NCBI GenBank assembly: GCA_018670825.1
Contig: JABHIW010000149.1
Coordinates: 3,894 to 67,893, forward strand
Reading direction: 5' to 3'
Origin: Candidatus Scalindua sp.
Lineage (GTDB): Bacteria > Planctomycetota > Brocadiia > Brocadiales > Scalinduaceae
DNA length: 64,000 nucleotides
The translations under genes were made by a program, and so were the position numbers. Below the pieces are notes generated by a model that was not told where the DNA came from, did no database searches, and saw only the letters and a program-made list of their open reading frames with translations. Of the stretch, positions 45,659 through 55,753 are shown one piece after another (positions within the stretch are counted from its first letter, which is position 1; each line of letters starts with the position of its first letter).

Positions 45659-46046
45659 ATTTGTTTTCGCCTCTTTTCGGTTTTATAATGGACCAACCTG
45701 CAAAGCAACCGATAATATAATGAGGGAAGTCCCACCACGCAAAGGTGCTTCCAATTAAGGTATTGCCTATAAAGGTAGAACGGATAGATTCAAGAAATAA
45801 AGGATTCCATAATTGCAGGCATTCAAGAAAACAGGTAATTCCCAGCACTAAGCATGCTATCCAAAAGGCACTAGCATATGGAAAGACAAGGGTTACTACA
45901 AAACACCAGAACATTTCGTAAAGGATACCACCGGCATAATTATTAAGCCACCATGCACCTGGCCCAGTGTAAAATTTACTGGTAAAGCCAAGTGGAGTTA
46001 CTATGAGAAGTAATATGAAACTGCGTAAGCGCAGTGTACTAAGCAC
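45651..46046 (-). CDS. DUF2809-like membrane protein
   Basis: FTSKFYTGPGAWWLNNYAGGILYEMFW pattern and 4 TM helices. Confidence 0.6.
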   Translation of the reverse strand: MLSTLRLRSFILLLIVTPLGFTSKFYTGPGAWWLNNYAGGILYEMFWCFVVTLVFPYASAFWIACLVLGITCFLECLQLWNPLFLESIRSTFIGNTLIGSTFAWWDFPHYIIGCFAGWSIIKPKRGENKYG

Positions 46047-46167
46047 TTCTGGTGTCCTCCATAGACTTTACTTTACGATTGGTGCTCGAAGAAATAGAGA
46101 TTAAAATTGGCAGCTTCTTTTGACCTACGTCTCTCTTTTATTAAGAAATGCAGATATGCTTTCTCTC

Positions 46168-46425
46168 TCATCTCCGGTAACCCCCTTCTTGCATTGATTG
46201 TTCAGCCATAATATAGTAAGCCGTTGCAAGTACTAACCCTAAAATAAAAGTAACATCTACTATTACTCGGAACTCAGTCATTTCTCCATCAACAATTTTT
46301 GCTTTTTGGCTTACTATTTCCAAGCCTGTTAAGTCTCTAATCGTTTTGTTTGCCCTATTTGTTGCCTCTTAAACAGCGTCTTTCCAACTGGTTGGTGATT
46401 GACTTGTACTACCATGAGAAATCAC
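46168..46425 (-). pseudogene. dodecin-like gene remnant with an in-frame TAA and no clear start
   Basis: Minus strand reads EVISHGSTSQSPTSWKDAV*EATNRANKTIRDLTGLEIVSQKAKIVDGEMTEFRVIVDVTFIL, matching the dodecin G(T/S)S..S...A...A..A.KT(L/I)R.L...E(V/I) ... F.V...V.F pattern. The stop lies at 46369-46371. Confidence 0.5.
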
Positions 46426-46767
46426 CTCCTCTCTTGCATTTTTGAAGTTATCAAAAAGCACAATGCGAGAGGTTCCATTATATCGTGTGAGGCGTAATTC
46501 CGGAAAATCATTTTTTAATTATATTTAAATAATTTTAATGAAATGTTAATACATGTTTCTCTGCTTGATAAGTCTCTTAAGATGATTGTACAAGGTAAAA
46601 TTTAACATGAAATATGTCTGCCGGTATAGTGGAATGCTGCAAAACCATATAGGTTCATTGTTCTACTCGTTTGGTGCGAGGTAATTAATTTTTCTTGTTG
46701 ATTCATAGATAAGGTTTATTTAGAATCAGGATATAAGTATTGATTAAAAACTTTTTAATATAGATTA

Positions 46768-46977
46768 ATGGGAAAAATCGTAATTCAGGAAGGTCGATGC
46801 AAAGGATGCGAACTTTGTATCGATGCATGTCCTTACGGACTTTTGAAAATGTCTGCTGAGGTAAATCATTTTGGTTATCATACTGCGCAATTTGTAAACG
46901 GTAATGGTAAAAAATGTACCGCGTGTAAATTTTGCGGGATGATGTGCCCAGACTACGCTATTGATGTTTACGAATAA
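46768..46977 (+). CDS. 2x[4Fe-4S] ferredoxin
   Basis: CKGCELCIDACP and CTACKFCGMMCP. Confidence 0.8.
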   Translation: MGKIVIQEGRCKGCELCIDACPYGLLKMSAEVNHFGYHTAQFVNGNGKKCTACKFCGMMCPDYAIDVYE

Positions 46978-47155
46978 CGTTGCTTCTTATAATTTTTCAA
47001 TTACGGGAGTACCATTTCGATTAAGTAAAACAGCCCATCCCTAATTTCCCATATTATGTGCCTCGTCGAAATCTGTTCTTTTTAGTAAAAGTTTCTTGCC
47101 TTGCTAATATTTGCTGATATGATTGCTTATAAATATTACTTTTTAGGTACTTTAA

Positions 47156-47686
47156 ATGTTTAAAGCGACAACCATATTATCGGTAAAACATAACGGCTCT
47201 ATCGCCATAGGTGGTGATGGGCAGGTTACTATGGGTTCTTTTGTAGTTAAAAAAGAAGCTTGCAAGATACGTAAATTGTATCATGAGAAGGTTTTTGTCG
47301 GGTTTGCCGGGTCAGCGGCAGATGCCTTTGCTCTAATGGAAAGATTTGAAACGAAACTGGAAAAATATCAGGGTAATATTCTCAGGAGCGCGCATGAACT
47401 TGCGAAGGACTGGCGTACAGATAAAATATTGAGACGGTTAGAGTCATTGTTAATAGCGGTAGACAAGAGTTGTACCCTCCTCGTTTCTGGTAACGGAGAG
47501 ATAATTGAACCTGATGATGGGATATTAGGTATAGGTTCTGGTGGGCAGTATGCTACTGCCGCTGCAAGGGCTCTTGTAAAACATTCGGAACTTAGTGCCA
47601 AACAGATAGTAGAGGAGGCATTGAAGATAACGGCTGATATATGTGTATATACAAATGCAAATATACGTGTGGAGGAAATTAAGTGA
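47156..47686 (+). CDS. hslV: ATP-dependent protease subunit HslV
   Basis: [25 protein letters not shown]... (N-terminal Thr after processing). Followed by hslU with a GTGA overlap. Confidence 0.95.
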   Translation: MFKATTILSVKHNGSIAIGGDGQVTMGSFVVKKEACKIRKLYHEKVFVGFAGSAADAFALMERFETKLEKYQGNILRSAHELAKDWRTDKILRRLESLLIAVDKSCTLLVSGNGEIIEPDDGILGIGSGGQYATAAARALVKHSELSAKQIVEEALKITADICVYTNANIRVEEIK

Positions 47687-49056
47687 GGGAGTTGACACCA
47701 AGAAAGATAGTAGAGGCATTAGATAAATATATCGTCGGTCAAAATGAGGCAAAGAGGGCGGTTGCTATAGCAATAAGGAACCGATGGAGAAGGTTGCAGC
47801 TTTCTGACGAATTGCGTGAGGAGGTTATGCCTAAAAATATTATAATGATAGGTCCTACTGGTGTCGGAAAGACTGAGATTGCACGGAGAATAGCAAATTT
47901 AGTAAAGGCCCCTTTCTTGAAGGTAGAGGCATCTAAGTATACGGAGGTTGGTTATCACGGACGTGATGTGGAGTCTATGATAAGAGATATCGTAGAGATA
48001 GCCGTTAATATGGTGCGAACAGAGCAGATGGAAAAAGTCAGTGAAAAGGCAGAGATAAATACTGAGGAACGGTTGCTGGATTTACTGCTTCCATTACCTG
48101 AAACAAAAGAAGAGGCAGAAGTTGTTAGAGGGGAAGGTGTAGATGGGGATGGAGATAAGATAGTCGTAGTCGCCGAAAAGCAGGAAACAACTCGTGAGAA
48201 ATTCAAGAATAAGTTGCGGCAAGGCAAACTTGAAGATCGCATGGTAGAAATTAAAACACAGGAAAAACCTGTCGTTATGCAGGGAATTATTGCCGGAATA
48301 GAGGAAATAGGAGTAGATTTTCAAAATGTAATTGAAAAGATGATACCGGCGAAAACGCAGGTAAAAAAATCTCCAATAAGTGAGGCGCGGAAAATTATTA
48401 AGCAGGAAGAAGCTGAGAAGCTGATTGATAAAGAGGAGCTTATGAAGGACGCGTTATATCGTGCTGAGAATATGGGGATAATATTTATAGATGAGTTGGA
48501 CAAAGTTGCAAGTCGTGAATCAGGTCACGGGCCTGATATATCTCGTGAAGGAGTGCAGAGGGATATATTGCCCATTGTGGAGGGTTCTACCGTTGTGACT
48601 AGATATGGCATGGTTAAGACGGACAGGATCCTGTTTATAGCTGCTGGAGCATTTCATGTCTCAAAGCCTTCAGATTTAATACCTGAACTTCAAGGCAGAT
48701 TCCCAATAAGGGTTGAGTTGAAAGATTTAGGCAAAGAAGAGTTTATAAGAATACTTACGGAGCCTAAAAATGCACTGATAAAACAATATACTGAACTGCT
48801 GAAAACGGAGAAAGTAAACCTCCAATTTAAAAAAGACGCAATTGAAGAAATAACCGATATGGCGGTCAAAATAAACAAAAGAAGTCAAAGTATCGGTGCA
48901 AGAAGACTGCATACGGTTATGGAAAAATTATTAGAAGATGCTTCTTTTGATGCCCCAGACTTAGATGATAAGGATATTGTAGTTGATGCTGAATACGTGC
49001 GGGATAAGATGAAAGATATTGTTAAAGATGAAGATTTAACAAAATATATTCTATGA
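47683..49056 (+). CDS. hslU: ATP-dependent protease ATPase subunit HslU
   Basis: [58 protein letters not shown], and the C-terminal [13 protein letters not shown]. Confidence 0.95.
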   Translation: MRELTPRKIVEALDKYIVGQNEAKRAVAIAIRNRWRRLQLSDELREEVMPKNIIMIGPTGVGKTEIARRIANLVKAPFLKVEASKYTEVGYHGRDVESMIRDIVEIAVNMVRTEQMEKVSEKAEINTEERLLDLLLPLPETKEEAEVVRGEGVDGDGDKIVVVAEKQETTREKFKNKLRQGKLEDRMVEIKTQEKPVVMQGIIAGIEEIGVDFQNVIEKMIPAKTQVKKSPISEARKIIKQEEAEKLIDKEELMKDALYRAENMGIIFIDELDKVASRESGHGPDISREGVQRDILPIVEGSTVVTRYGMVKTDRILFIAAGAFHVSKPSDLIPELQGRFPIRVELKDLGKEEFIRILTEPKNALIKQYTELLKTEKVNLQFKKDAIEEITDMAVKINKRSQSIGARRLHTVMEKLLEDASFDAPDLDDKDIVVDAEYVRDKMKDIVKDEDLTKYIL

Positions 49057-49414
49057 TTTCCAGGTGTCTCATATTTCCGCATTATAGTGTCCATTAAGCA
49101 TTTGCCGGTTCTACAAATTCCTTAAACCACAAATTTACCATAATACACGCCCATGTCTATTCTGCTGAAACAATCGGACGAATATGTGCGTTTCCTACCG
49201 GAGTTCCTGAAGTAATCTATCACCTCATAGTGCTTATTAATACGATTATAGGTTATCATTTCATTGAATTGTCCTTGTTACTGAAAGAGGAATCGGAGTC
49301 ATAGAGATAGTAAGTTGGTTTTCTAGCCAGGCTAAAAGTTTAATGCCAAATTAATGATTGTTAAGAAATACGCCGTTCCTGTGTTCTGCTAAGGGAAAGT
49401 AAAAGGTAAGAATA

Positions 49415-50395
49415 TTGAAAAGAATTATCAAGATACTTTTAATATTTGCGGTATCATTCTATTCGTTATCAGGCATTTCTATAATTTACCTCCATTCTGA
49501 AATAAATGATTATGCTAAAGATAAGGAATATATTACGGCAAACGATGATAATATCTGTATTATTGCCGCACATCAGGATGACGGCGTAATAATGGCTAGC
49601 GGTTATGCAATGCAGACAATAAAAAATGGTGGAAGTGTGGATGTTTTTCTTATGTTCGATGGTGAAGCAGGAAATGGGAGAAAAAGAAATAAAATAAGGG
49701 CGAGTGAATCGATCAGGGCATGGGAACTGATCGGGGTAGAGAGAAAGAGGATTCATTTTCTTGACTAAGATGATTTTTATGGACTTATTGATGAAGAAGA
49801 AATAAAGGAATGTATCGGAGAGGTGACAGATCTGTTAAGAAAGTGCAATTACGATATAATTTTCGTACCGTTATATGAGGGTGGGCATTATCAACATGAC
49901 ATGACAAATTTTATAGTATCCAGGGCATGCATAAAGAGCGGGACTAAAAGTTTGCTTTACGAATGTCCTGAATATAACGCCTTTTATTCTTTAAAAAATA
50001 CTCCAGGAAAAATCCTTTCACTGATTTCAAAGCTAATACCTTTTTTCGAATTTAATTCACCACCTTCATTTATAAGAAACGGAAACAGATTGTACCTGGA
50101 TATGAGTGATGAGGAGCTCGCTTTAAAGAGACATATGCTTCAGTTATTTGTATCGCAGGATGTTAAAGGATTATTAGATTTATATGGACATAAGGATAGT
50201 TACCAGATATACACCGATTATGATTATTCTAAGCCACCATTTGGCTACGATGGGTCAATTGCAGAGCATGTCAATAGTCTTAAAACGATTCCGGTATTGA
50301 GATCTTTCCTCTGGTGGATTTTTGGCAAGACAAAGACGCGGCACCCTGATCCTGATTATATGATAACAAAGATAAAAATAGATACAGAAGGTTGA
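49415..50395 (+). pseudogene. PIG-L/LmbE-family deacetylase-like gene interrupted by an in-frame TAA
   Basis: ICIIAAHQDDGVI (family HPDD-type motif) ...RIHFLD*DDFYGLIDEEE...GGHYQHD. Track ORFs 49415-49768 and 49823-50395 share a frame. Stop at 49766-49768. Confidence 0.6.
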
Positions 50396-50397
50396 AA

Positions 50398-51426
50398 TCA
50401 GCGTTTCCCAATTGCCTTCAACATTTCTTCTATTCTATGTACCCATGTATGTTTTGCTAAAACCTCTTTACGTCCATTATTTGCAATTTCCTCACGCTTC
50501 TGATGATTCCCCAGATACTCTTTTACCAGATCTTTTACCTCGCAGATTTTCTTGAAACAAACAAGATGTTCGCCGGAATTGAAAAGTGAGACTACGTCCT
50601 TCTTTGAGTCAACTATTTGAAAACTGCCACAGGAAAGAGTTTCAAAAACCCTCGGACTCGCCTGAGTAATTTTGACCTCATCAACATCCGTACTATAGCG
50701 TCCCATGTAATTAATGACGATCTTTGACGCATTGTATATCTTCACCCATGTATCCGGAGTAGTGGGACCTCCCCTGATATGCTTTTTCAAAGGTGAGTTA
50801 TTATCGAGCTTATCCCATCCCGGACCCCAAATGCCTAAATCAAAGTCAGTAAGTGTTTCAAATAGATCAACTCTTTCTGGATACATAGAGCCTACAAAAC
50901 ATATATCAGATCCGTATTTCACCTTTTCTTCTGAAGATAAATTTAGCGGTTTGTGTATGTCAGGATCACATGCTGCGTTTAACTGCATTCCTCCCTTGTT
51001 TCCATGCTGTTCATGGGCTTTGAGGGCATCTGTACTCTGTGCAAAAAAGAAGTCATATGCGGGTACAACCTTAAGTGCTGTTTCCAGTACACCAGCCCCT
51101 CCGGGAAAATCTGAAAGCCAGTTTATCGTGATGGTGTTAAATCGTTCGTGTATCTCAGTGATTGTTTCCGAAAATAATGTACCACCACAATTTACCAGGA
51201 ATATATCCGGCTTGAACTGATTGACCAGCTTTATTAGTCCATTATTCAGTCTCTTCATATCCCATTGGTAGAGGAAGGGTAATTTACTGCTTATTCGATA
51301 AGGAATAATATGCTGTCTATAATCATGCGTTTCGAGTTCATGCCCTAATTGCAAAATAGCTCTTTCCACATATTCTGTTTGGGCCATGTTACTAGGGTTG
51401 TGGTAACCGGAGAATAAAATTTTCAT
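50398..51426 (-). CDS. CgeB-like / DUF3880-type glycosyltransferase family protein
   Basis: MKILFSGYHNP...LGHELETHDY N-terminus and a GT-B-like C-terminal half. Tentative. Confidence 0.45.
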   Translation of the reverse strand: MKILFSGYHNPSNMAQTEYVERAILQLGHELETHDYRQHIIPYRISSKLPFLYQWDMKRLNNGLIKLVNQFKPDIFLVNCGGTLFSETITEIHERFNTITINWLSDFPGGAGVLETALKVVPAYDFFFAQSTDALKAHEQHGNKGGMQLNAACDPDIHKPLNLSSEEKVKYGSDICFVGSMYPERVDLFETLTDFDLGIWGPGWDKLDNNSPLKKHIRGGPTTPDTWVKIYNASKIVINYMGRYSTDVDEVKITQASPRVFETLSCGSFQIVDSKKDVVSLFNSGEHLVCFKKICEVKDLVKEYLGNHQKREEIANNGRKEVLAKHTWVHRIEEMLKAIGKR

Positions 51427-51654
51427 TATTAAAGCACTGTTCTCTGTTAAAATTCCCTAAGATAAAGTTTTATACATCCTGCTTCTCTCCCTCAATCGTT
51501 TAATAGTATTGTCCTTTGTCGTATATCTTTGGCGGTAAAGCATCCGAAATATAAACAACTCTTGCAATTCATGCGATAATAGATATTCTTTATCATTTAT
51601 AGTTGCACTTTTCAACAAAAATGAAGTTTCTCCAATTATATAGGAATAACTATA

Positions 51655-53241
51655 TTGTCTGAATCCACTTCGAAAAAAATTATCAGAAATACTGTTTTCA
51701 GTTCAGCAGGTTTCTTTTGGAGCTATCTCCTAAGCTTCCTTCTTACACCGTTTATTATTCACAGAATTGGCATCGAAGCATTTGGGATTTGGGCAATCGC
51801 GAACACTGCCATCAATTTCTTTACATTTCTTGATCCTGGCTTTGGCTCGTCTTATGTTAAATATATTGCTGAATATAATACTAAGAAAGACTATAAAACG
51901 GTTAATAACGTTATTAATACGGGACTCATATTTTCGTTGCTATTTTGTGTGGGTGTGGTTGGTATCTACCTGCTTTTAAAGAATTTTATTATTGGTTTTC
52001 TTAAGTTTTCACCTGAACATTACGAAGATATTTTGTTTACATTCTTTGGTATATTGATGGTGTTTATTATAAATTACGCTTTTACTGTTTTTAAATCAAC
52101 TCTGACTGGATTACAAAGGATGGATATAACAAATACTATTTTTGTTATCGTGTCTATTCCGGGTTCCATAGGCATAATTATATTTCTAAGCCTTGGATAT
52201 GGGCTGAAGGGCCTGGTATGCAACAGTATATTGGTTGCATTGGTTACTGTCATTTCCTATGCGATTTGTGCTTATAGAATATTTCCGCAAATGTCTATTC
52301 ATCCGAAATTTTTTTGTTCGAAAATATTAAAAAAATTATGGAGATTCGGATATAAAGTACAAATAGCAGGATTATCAGAGTTTATAAACAGACAACTTGA
52401 TAAAATATTGTTGGGCTATTTGCTGAATGTAAGATTAGTGGGTTTTTATGAGCTTGGTTCTAAGATGGCGCTTACGGTTGGTAATCTGCCGGCAGTTTTT
52501 CTGCAGGCAATTGAGCCTGCGTCATCTGAGTTGGATGCGGCGAAGGACACGAGGGCATTAAATGCTCTCTACACAAGAGGTACAAAGTATCTTGTATTCC
52601 TTACTTTCCCTCTTTCAATATTTGTTATTACCAATGCGTCTCCCATCATGCATTTCTGGATGAGTGGGCCGGGGTATGAAAAATCGGTCCTTACAATTCA
52701 AATTTTAACAATTGGTTATTCCTTTTTTCTAATAAACAGCGTGGGGCGACTAATGGCAAGGGGTATGGGCATGCCACAATATGAAATGGTTTCTGCCTTA
52801 ATAATTCTGGGTTTGAATATTTTACTCAGTGTCAGCCTCATTATTTTATTAGGTTACATTGGCGCTCTTATAGGAACAAGTGCATCCGCTATTATAGGGT
52901 CATCAATTTTTATGATCAGGTTTCATAAGTTTATAAAAAGGACAATAATATCTTTTTTAAAAGATGTATGCCTTAAACCATTCTTAGCCTGTTTTGTTGC
53001 TGTTCCGGTATCATTTGTGATAGATTTATTATTTTATTTAATCAATTTTTTTCCATCAGAGAGAATAGGCTGTTTTGTGTACCTTTGCCTTAAAGGTGTT
53101 GTTTTTTCAGTAACGTACCTGCTGTGTATTCTTACCACCAGATACCTTGACGAATATGATAAGAAGGTTTTTTTCTCGACAGTACAGAGGCCACTGCAAA
53201 AATTAGGGTTTGTTAGAAAATTATGCGAACAAAATAACTGA
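51655..53241 (+). CDS. oligosaccharide flippase (Wzx/MOP superfamily)
   Basis: 528 aa, about 14 TM helices, IIRNTVFSSAGFFWSYLLSFLLTPFIIHRIGIEAFGIWAI N-terminus. TTG start. Confidence 0.75.
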   Translation: MSESTSKKIIRNTVFSSAGFFWSYLLSFLLTPFIIHRIGIEAFGIWAIANTAINFFTFLDPGFGSSYVKYIAEYNTKKDYKTVNNVINTGLIFSLLFCVGVVGIYLLLKNFIIGFLKFSPEHYEDILFTFFGILMVFIINYAFTVFKSTLTGLQRMDITNTIFVIVSIPGSIGIIIFLSLGYGLKGLVCNSILVALVTVISYAICAYRIFPQMSIHPKFFCSKILKKLWRFGYKVQIAGLSEFINRQLDKILLGYLLNVRLVGFYELGSKMALTVGNLPAVFLQAIEPASSELDAAKDTRALNALYTRGTKYLVFLTFPLSIFVITNASPIMHFWMSGPGYEKSVLTIQILTIGYSFFLINSVGRLMARGMGMPQYEMVSALIILGLNILLSVSLIILLGYIGALIGTSASAIIGSSIFMIRFHKFIKRTIISFLKDVCLKPFLACFVAVPVSFVIDLLFYLINFFPSERIGCFVYLCLKGVVFSVTYLLCILTTRYLDEYDKKVFFSTVQRPLQKLGFVRKLCEQNN

Positions 53242-53340
53242 TAAAAATAGTAAATAAATAATAGAAATTATAACTTAAAAACAGGTGCGATATAGCAGGT
53301 CTATAAGGCATAACTTTGCAAGTCGATTCATGGGGTTAAA

Positions 53341-54465
53341 ATGAAAACCAATGTTGTTCATCTTGTTGAAAAACTGGGGATTGGTGGCCTTGAACGCGTC
53401 TTGACGACGATAGCATTAAATTTGAACAAAGAAAAATACCATGTCTCTGTATGGTGCCTGAGTAAAGGAGGTTTCTTTGCTGATAAGCTGATCGAAGAGG
53501 GGGTTGATGTTAAAATACTCAATATTTCTACTTCCCGAAATCCTGTTGGCATTTATAAATTGTACAAACTACTTAAATACCACAGAATTGATTTAATCCA
53601 TACCCATGCGTACTCTGCCGGAACAATAGGAAGGATAAGCGCATTCCTTGCCGGAGTTTCAGTAATTATATCGCACAATCATAGTGTTCATGATTATTAT
53701 AATAAGTATTATCACTTTGTTGAGTGGCTCCTGAGTCTCATCACTGATAGAATAATTTGTGTTTCCGACACGGTAAAAAGATTTACCAGTGAAACTCAGG
53801 GAATAAGTGCTAAAAGGTTGGTAACCATTCACAATGGTATAAACGATGTTTGTTCTGTTTCGGGAAAGGCAATCGTTGATCTTAAAGAAGAGCTGGGTAT
53901 TCTTCCTGAATATACGGTCATAGGAACAGTAACTCACATGGAAGAACACAAAGGAATTCTCTATTTAATACAAGCAGCTTCCCATTTGTTAAGATCCAGA
54001 AAAGATTTAATCTTTTTATTAGTTGGAGATGGGGCACAAGAGGAAGAGCTAAAAAAACTTTGTGTTAATCTTAAGATTGAAAAAAATGTAATTTTTACCG
54101 GAGAACGTAGTGATATACCTGAGATGCTGTCATTAATAGATATTTTTGTTCTACCATCTGTAAGAGAAGGATTGGGCTTAAGTATTCTTGAGGCAATGGC
54201 ATGTGGCAAGCCCGTCATCGCAACAAATGTAGGGGGTATTCCTGAAGTGGTAGAGGATGGGGTAAGTGGAATACTTGTTCCACCAAAAGAACCTGATACG
54301 CTTCATGGCGCAATAGTTGAACTCCTGGATGATAAAGGGAAACGAGACGTAATGGGATTAAATGGTAAGCGAATATGTGACGAAAGTTTTAATGTTAGAA
54401 CTATGGTAGATAAAATAGAAGAATTGTACGATTTGTTTATAAGAGGAAGTGATAAAAAAGCATGA
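53341..54465 (+). CDS. glycosyltransferase family 4 (GT-B)
   Basis: GGLERV N-terminus and EGLGLSILEAMACGKPVIATNVGGIPEVVEDGVSGILV. Confidence 0.85.
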   Translation: MKTNVVHLVEKLGIGGLERVLTTIALNLNKEKYHVSVWCLSKGGFFADKLIEEGVDVKILNISTSRNPVGIYKLYKLLKYHRIDLIHTHAYSAGTIGRISAFLAGVSVIISHNHSVHDYYNKYYHFVEWLLSLITDRIICVSDTVKRFTSETQGISAKRLVTIHNGINDVCSVSGKAIVDLKEELGILPEYTVIGTVTHMEEHKGILYLIQAASHLLRSRKDLIFLLVGDGAQEEELKKLCVNLKIEKNVIFTGERSDIPEMLSLIDIFVLPSVREGLGLSILEAMACGKPVIATNVGGIPEVVEDGVSGILVPPKEPDTLHGAIVELLDDKGKRDVMGLNGKRICDESFNVRTMVDKIEELYDLFIRGSDKKA

Positions 54466-55640
54466 AAATAGATATCAATTCTATTCCGGTCGTCATTTTA
54501 AAATCACACTTTGGCAGTCTGGGCATTGCCCGTAGCTTGGGGCGATTGGGTGTGCCGGTTTACGCTGTCCACTCGGATGCGAATGACCCAACTCTTGCCT
54601 CTAAATATTACAGGAAGGCCATGATTTGGGATATCGACAAACAGCCGGTAGCTGAGTCATTGAAACTTTTAGATGATCTTGGTTGTCAATTGGACCGATC
54701 AGCCATTTTAATATCAACTTCTGATGCTACAACCGCCTTTGTATCCTATAATGCTGAGAAACTAAAAAAGCATTATATGTTTCCCAGTCAACCGCCAGAG
54801 TTAGTAACATCCCTTATTGACAAAAAGAAAATGTGTTCTCTCGCGAAGGAACATAATATTCCGATTCCTTTGACAATGTTTCCTCAATCAAAAGATGAGT
54901 TAATGGATAATCTTAAAGAATTTCAATTTCCTTTGTTATTTAAGTGTATTAATGGAACCCGTTTGACAGCTAATAAAGAACCTAAAATGATTAAAGTTAA
55001 TAATGAAACGGAATTGATAGAAGCGCATGATCAGTGGGAAGTTTCAGATAAGCCAAACTTCATGCTTCAAGAGTATATCCCCGGAGGAGAAGATTCATCC
55101 TGGATATTTAATGGTTTTTTTGACGGGAACTCTCATTGTGTTATAGGCTTTACCGGCAAAAAAATTCGTCAACACCCGGCCTATATGGGTGCCGCTTCTT
55201 TAGGGGTTTGCCTGCAAAACGATGAGCTTAATCACATAACCTGTCGTTTTATGAAAGCCATCGGTTATCAAGGTGTCCTGGATATTGATTACTGTTATGA
55301 CTACCGCGACGGTAAGTATAAGGTATTGGACGTCAATCCACGCATTGGTTCTTCTTTCCGCTTGTTTGTTGATAGAAACGGGATGGATGTTGCAAGGGCT
55401 CTTTACCTGTCTTTAACAAACCAACCGGTATTGCCATTGACCATTCATGAAGGTCGCAAGTGGGTGGTTGAGAACCAGGATATATCTTCTTGTTTAGTGT
55501 ATCGAAAAGACGGGAATTTAACCCTAAAGGAGTTCCTTGCTTCGTTCAAGGGTTTAAAGGAAACAGCATGGATTGCTTCTGATGATATGCAACCATTCCT
55601 GAAATTGTGTAAGTCTTACTTTAAAAAGTTATTTGTCTGA
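54462..55640 (+). CDS. ATP-grasp domain protein (carboxylate-amine ligase-like)
   Basis: ATP-grasp layout (..PLLFKCINGT.., MLQEYIPGGED, DIDYCYD..D.KYKVLDVNPR). ATGA overlap with the GT4 gene. Confidence 0.7.
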   Translation: MKIDINSIPVVILKSHFGSLGIARSLGRLGVPVYAVHSDANDPTLASKYYRKAMIWDIDKQPVAESLKLLDDLGCQLDRSAILISTSDATTAFVSYNAEKLKKHYMFPSQPPELVTSLIDKKKMCSLAKEHNIPIPLTMFPQSKDELMDNLKEFQFPLLFKCINGTRLTANKEPKMIKVNNETELIEAHDQWEVSDKPNFMLQEYIPGGEDSSWIFNGFFDGNSHCVIGFTGKKIRQHPAYMGAASLGVCLQNDELNHITCRFMKAIGYQGVLDIDYCYDYRDGKYKVLDVNPRIGSSFRLFVDRNGMDVARALYLSLTNQPVLPLTIHEGRKWVVENQDISSCLVYRKDGNLTLKEFLASFKGLKETAWIASDDMQPFLKLCKSYFKKLFV

Positions 55641-55753
55641 AAAAAATAGTTTACATTTTGCGTTGACATATTTAACAAGAGGGGCTTGCTCTTATGACGT
55701 CTTACACATCAAGGTATCTGGCCAGAGATGAGTACAGGAGATGAGTACCGTTA

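Noticed and set aside
49057-49414. Possible transposase or gene remnant in the gap after hslU
   Set aside because: Translations in all frames are short and interrupted. I could not match them to any family motif.
13306-49768. Stop-codon reassignment (TAA or TGA read as sense) to explain the in-frame stops
   Set aside because: TAA ends dcm (12075-12077) and the HAO-like gene (37568-37570) at family-typical C-termini. TGA ends metK (7756-7758) and lysA (1854-1856). A standard code fits the whole window.
55742-55744. Selenocysteine at the in-frame TGA upstream of the FemAB-like gene
   Set aside because: There is no SECIS-like hairpin immediately downstream. The context is not a redox motif. 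The region is more simply non-coding leader.
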